DNA from: the human T2T-CHM13v2.0 reference genome, Homo sapiens
NCBI RefSeq assembly: GCF_009914755.1
Contig: NC_060926.1
Reading direction: 5' to 3' (one strand)
DNA: 64,000 nucleotides
Below are positions 63,671 to 64,000 of this stretch, piece after piece. Each line of letters starts with the position of its first letter. Position 1 is the stretch's first letter. The position numbers and the translations under genes are program-made. Under the pieces are notes generated by a model that saw only the letters and a list, made by a program, of their open reading frames with translations, was not told the DNA's origin and did no database searches.

Positions 63671-64000
63671 CCCTCCATCTAAATCAGGTGTGTATTTCTT
63701 GAATTGGCACACACTTAGTCGTGACAAGTACTCAAAAGATAAAATAAAAATTGTATTGAATGAATACAATTTAGCTTTATATTTGTTTTTTTCTTTCAGT
63801 TGTATTCTTGTTTTGCTCATAAGGCCAAATTTTCATTTAATAATATGTGAATTTATACTCATGATGAAAATCAATCTTATATTTTTAATCTATAATATAG
63901 GTTGGAATGTAGCCTGGAATGACTGACAGCTGTTATTATACAAATAGCACATGCTGGCAAAATGGCAGCAATTTTTGTGATCTGTAATTAGGATATTACT

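Overview
This is primate, most likely human, genomic DNA inside the ACYP2 gene (acylphosphatase 2, muscle type), which is transcribed on the + strand. Only two coding exons are present, and the ORF track misses both: a 17-nt micro-exon at 5658-5674 (G-V-C-F-R-M, containing catalytic Arg23) and a 110-nt exon at 8848-8957 (Y25 to S60, containing catalytic Asn41). The rest is intron, mostly filled by about 39 Alu or Alu-monomer copies, many L1 fragments, L2/MIR/CR1 relics, DNA-transposon relics (MER5, MER44, MER58, MER1B, MADE1), solo LTRs (MLT1/MST/THE1, LTR16/33/40, MER21, MER41A) and a U7 snRNA retropseudogene. Most listed ORFs are translated repeats and the rest look like chance ORFs. I found no convincing new multi-gene system. 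The best unexplained signals are: two short near-perfect local duplications (60 of 60 bp and 47 of 49 bp) that look like templated insertions; a perfect 20-bp inverted repeat about 100 bp from a (GGGT)4 G-quadruplex; repeated re-use of the same retrotransposon target sites; an L1-Alu fusion with no target-site duplication (TSD); and splice-level possibilities around the catalytic micro-exon. Repeat subfamily names and boundaries were assigned by eye from remembered consensus sequences and are approximate.
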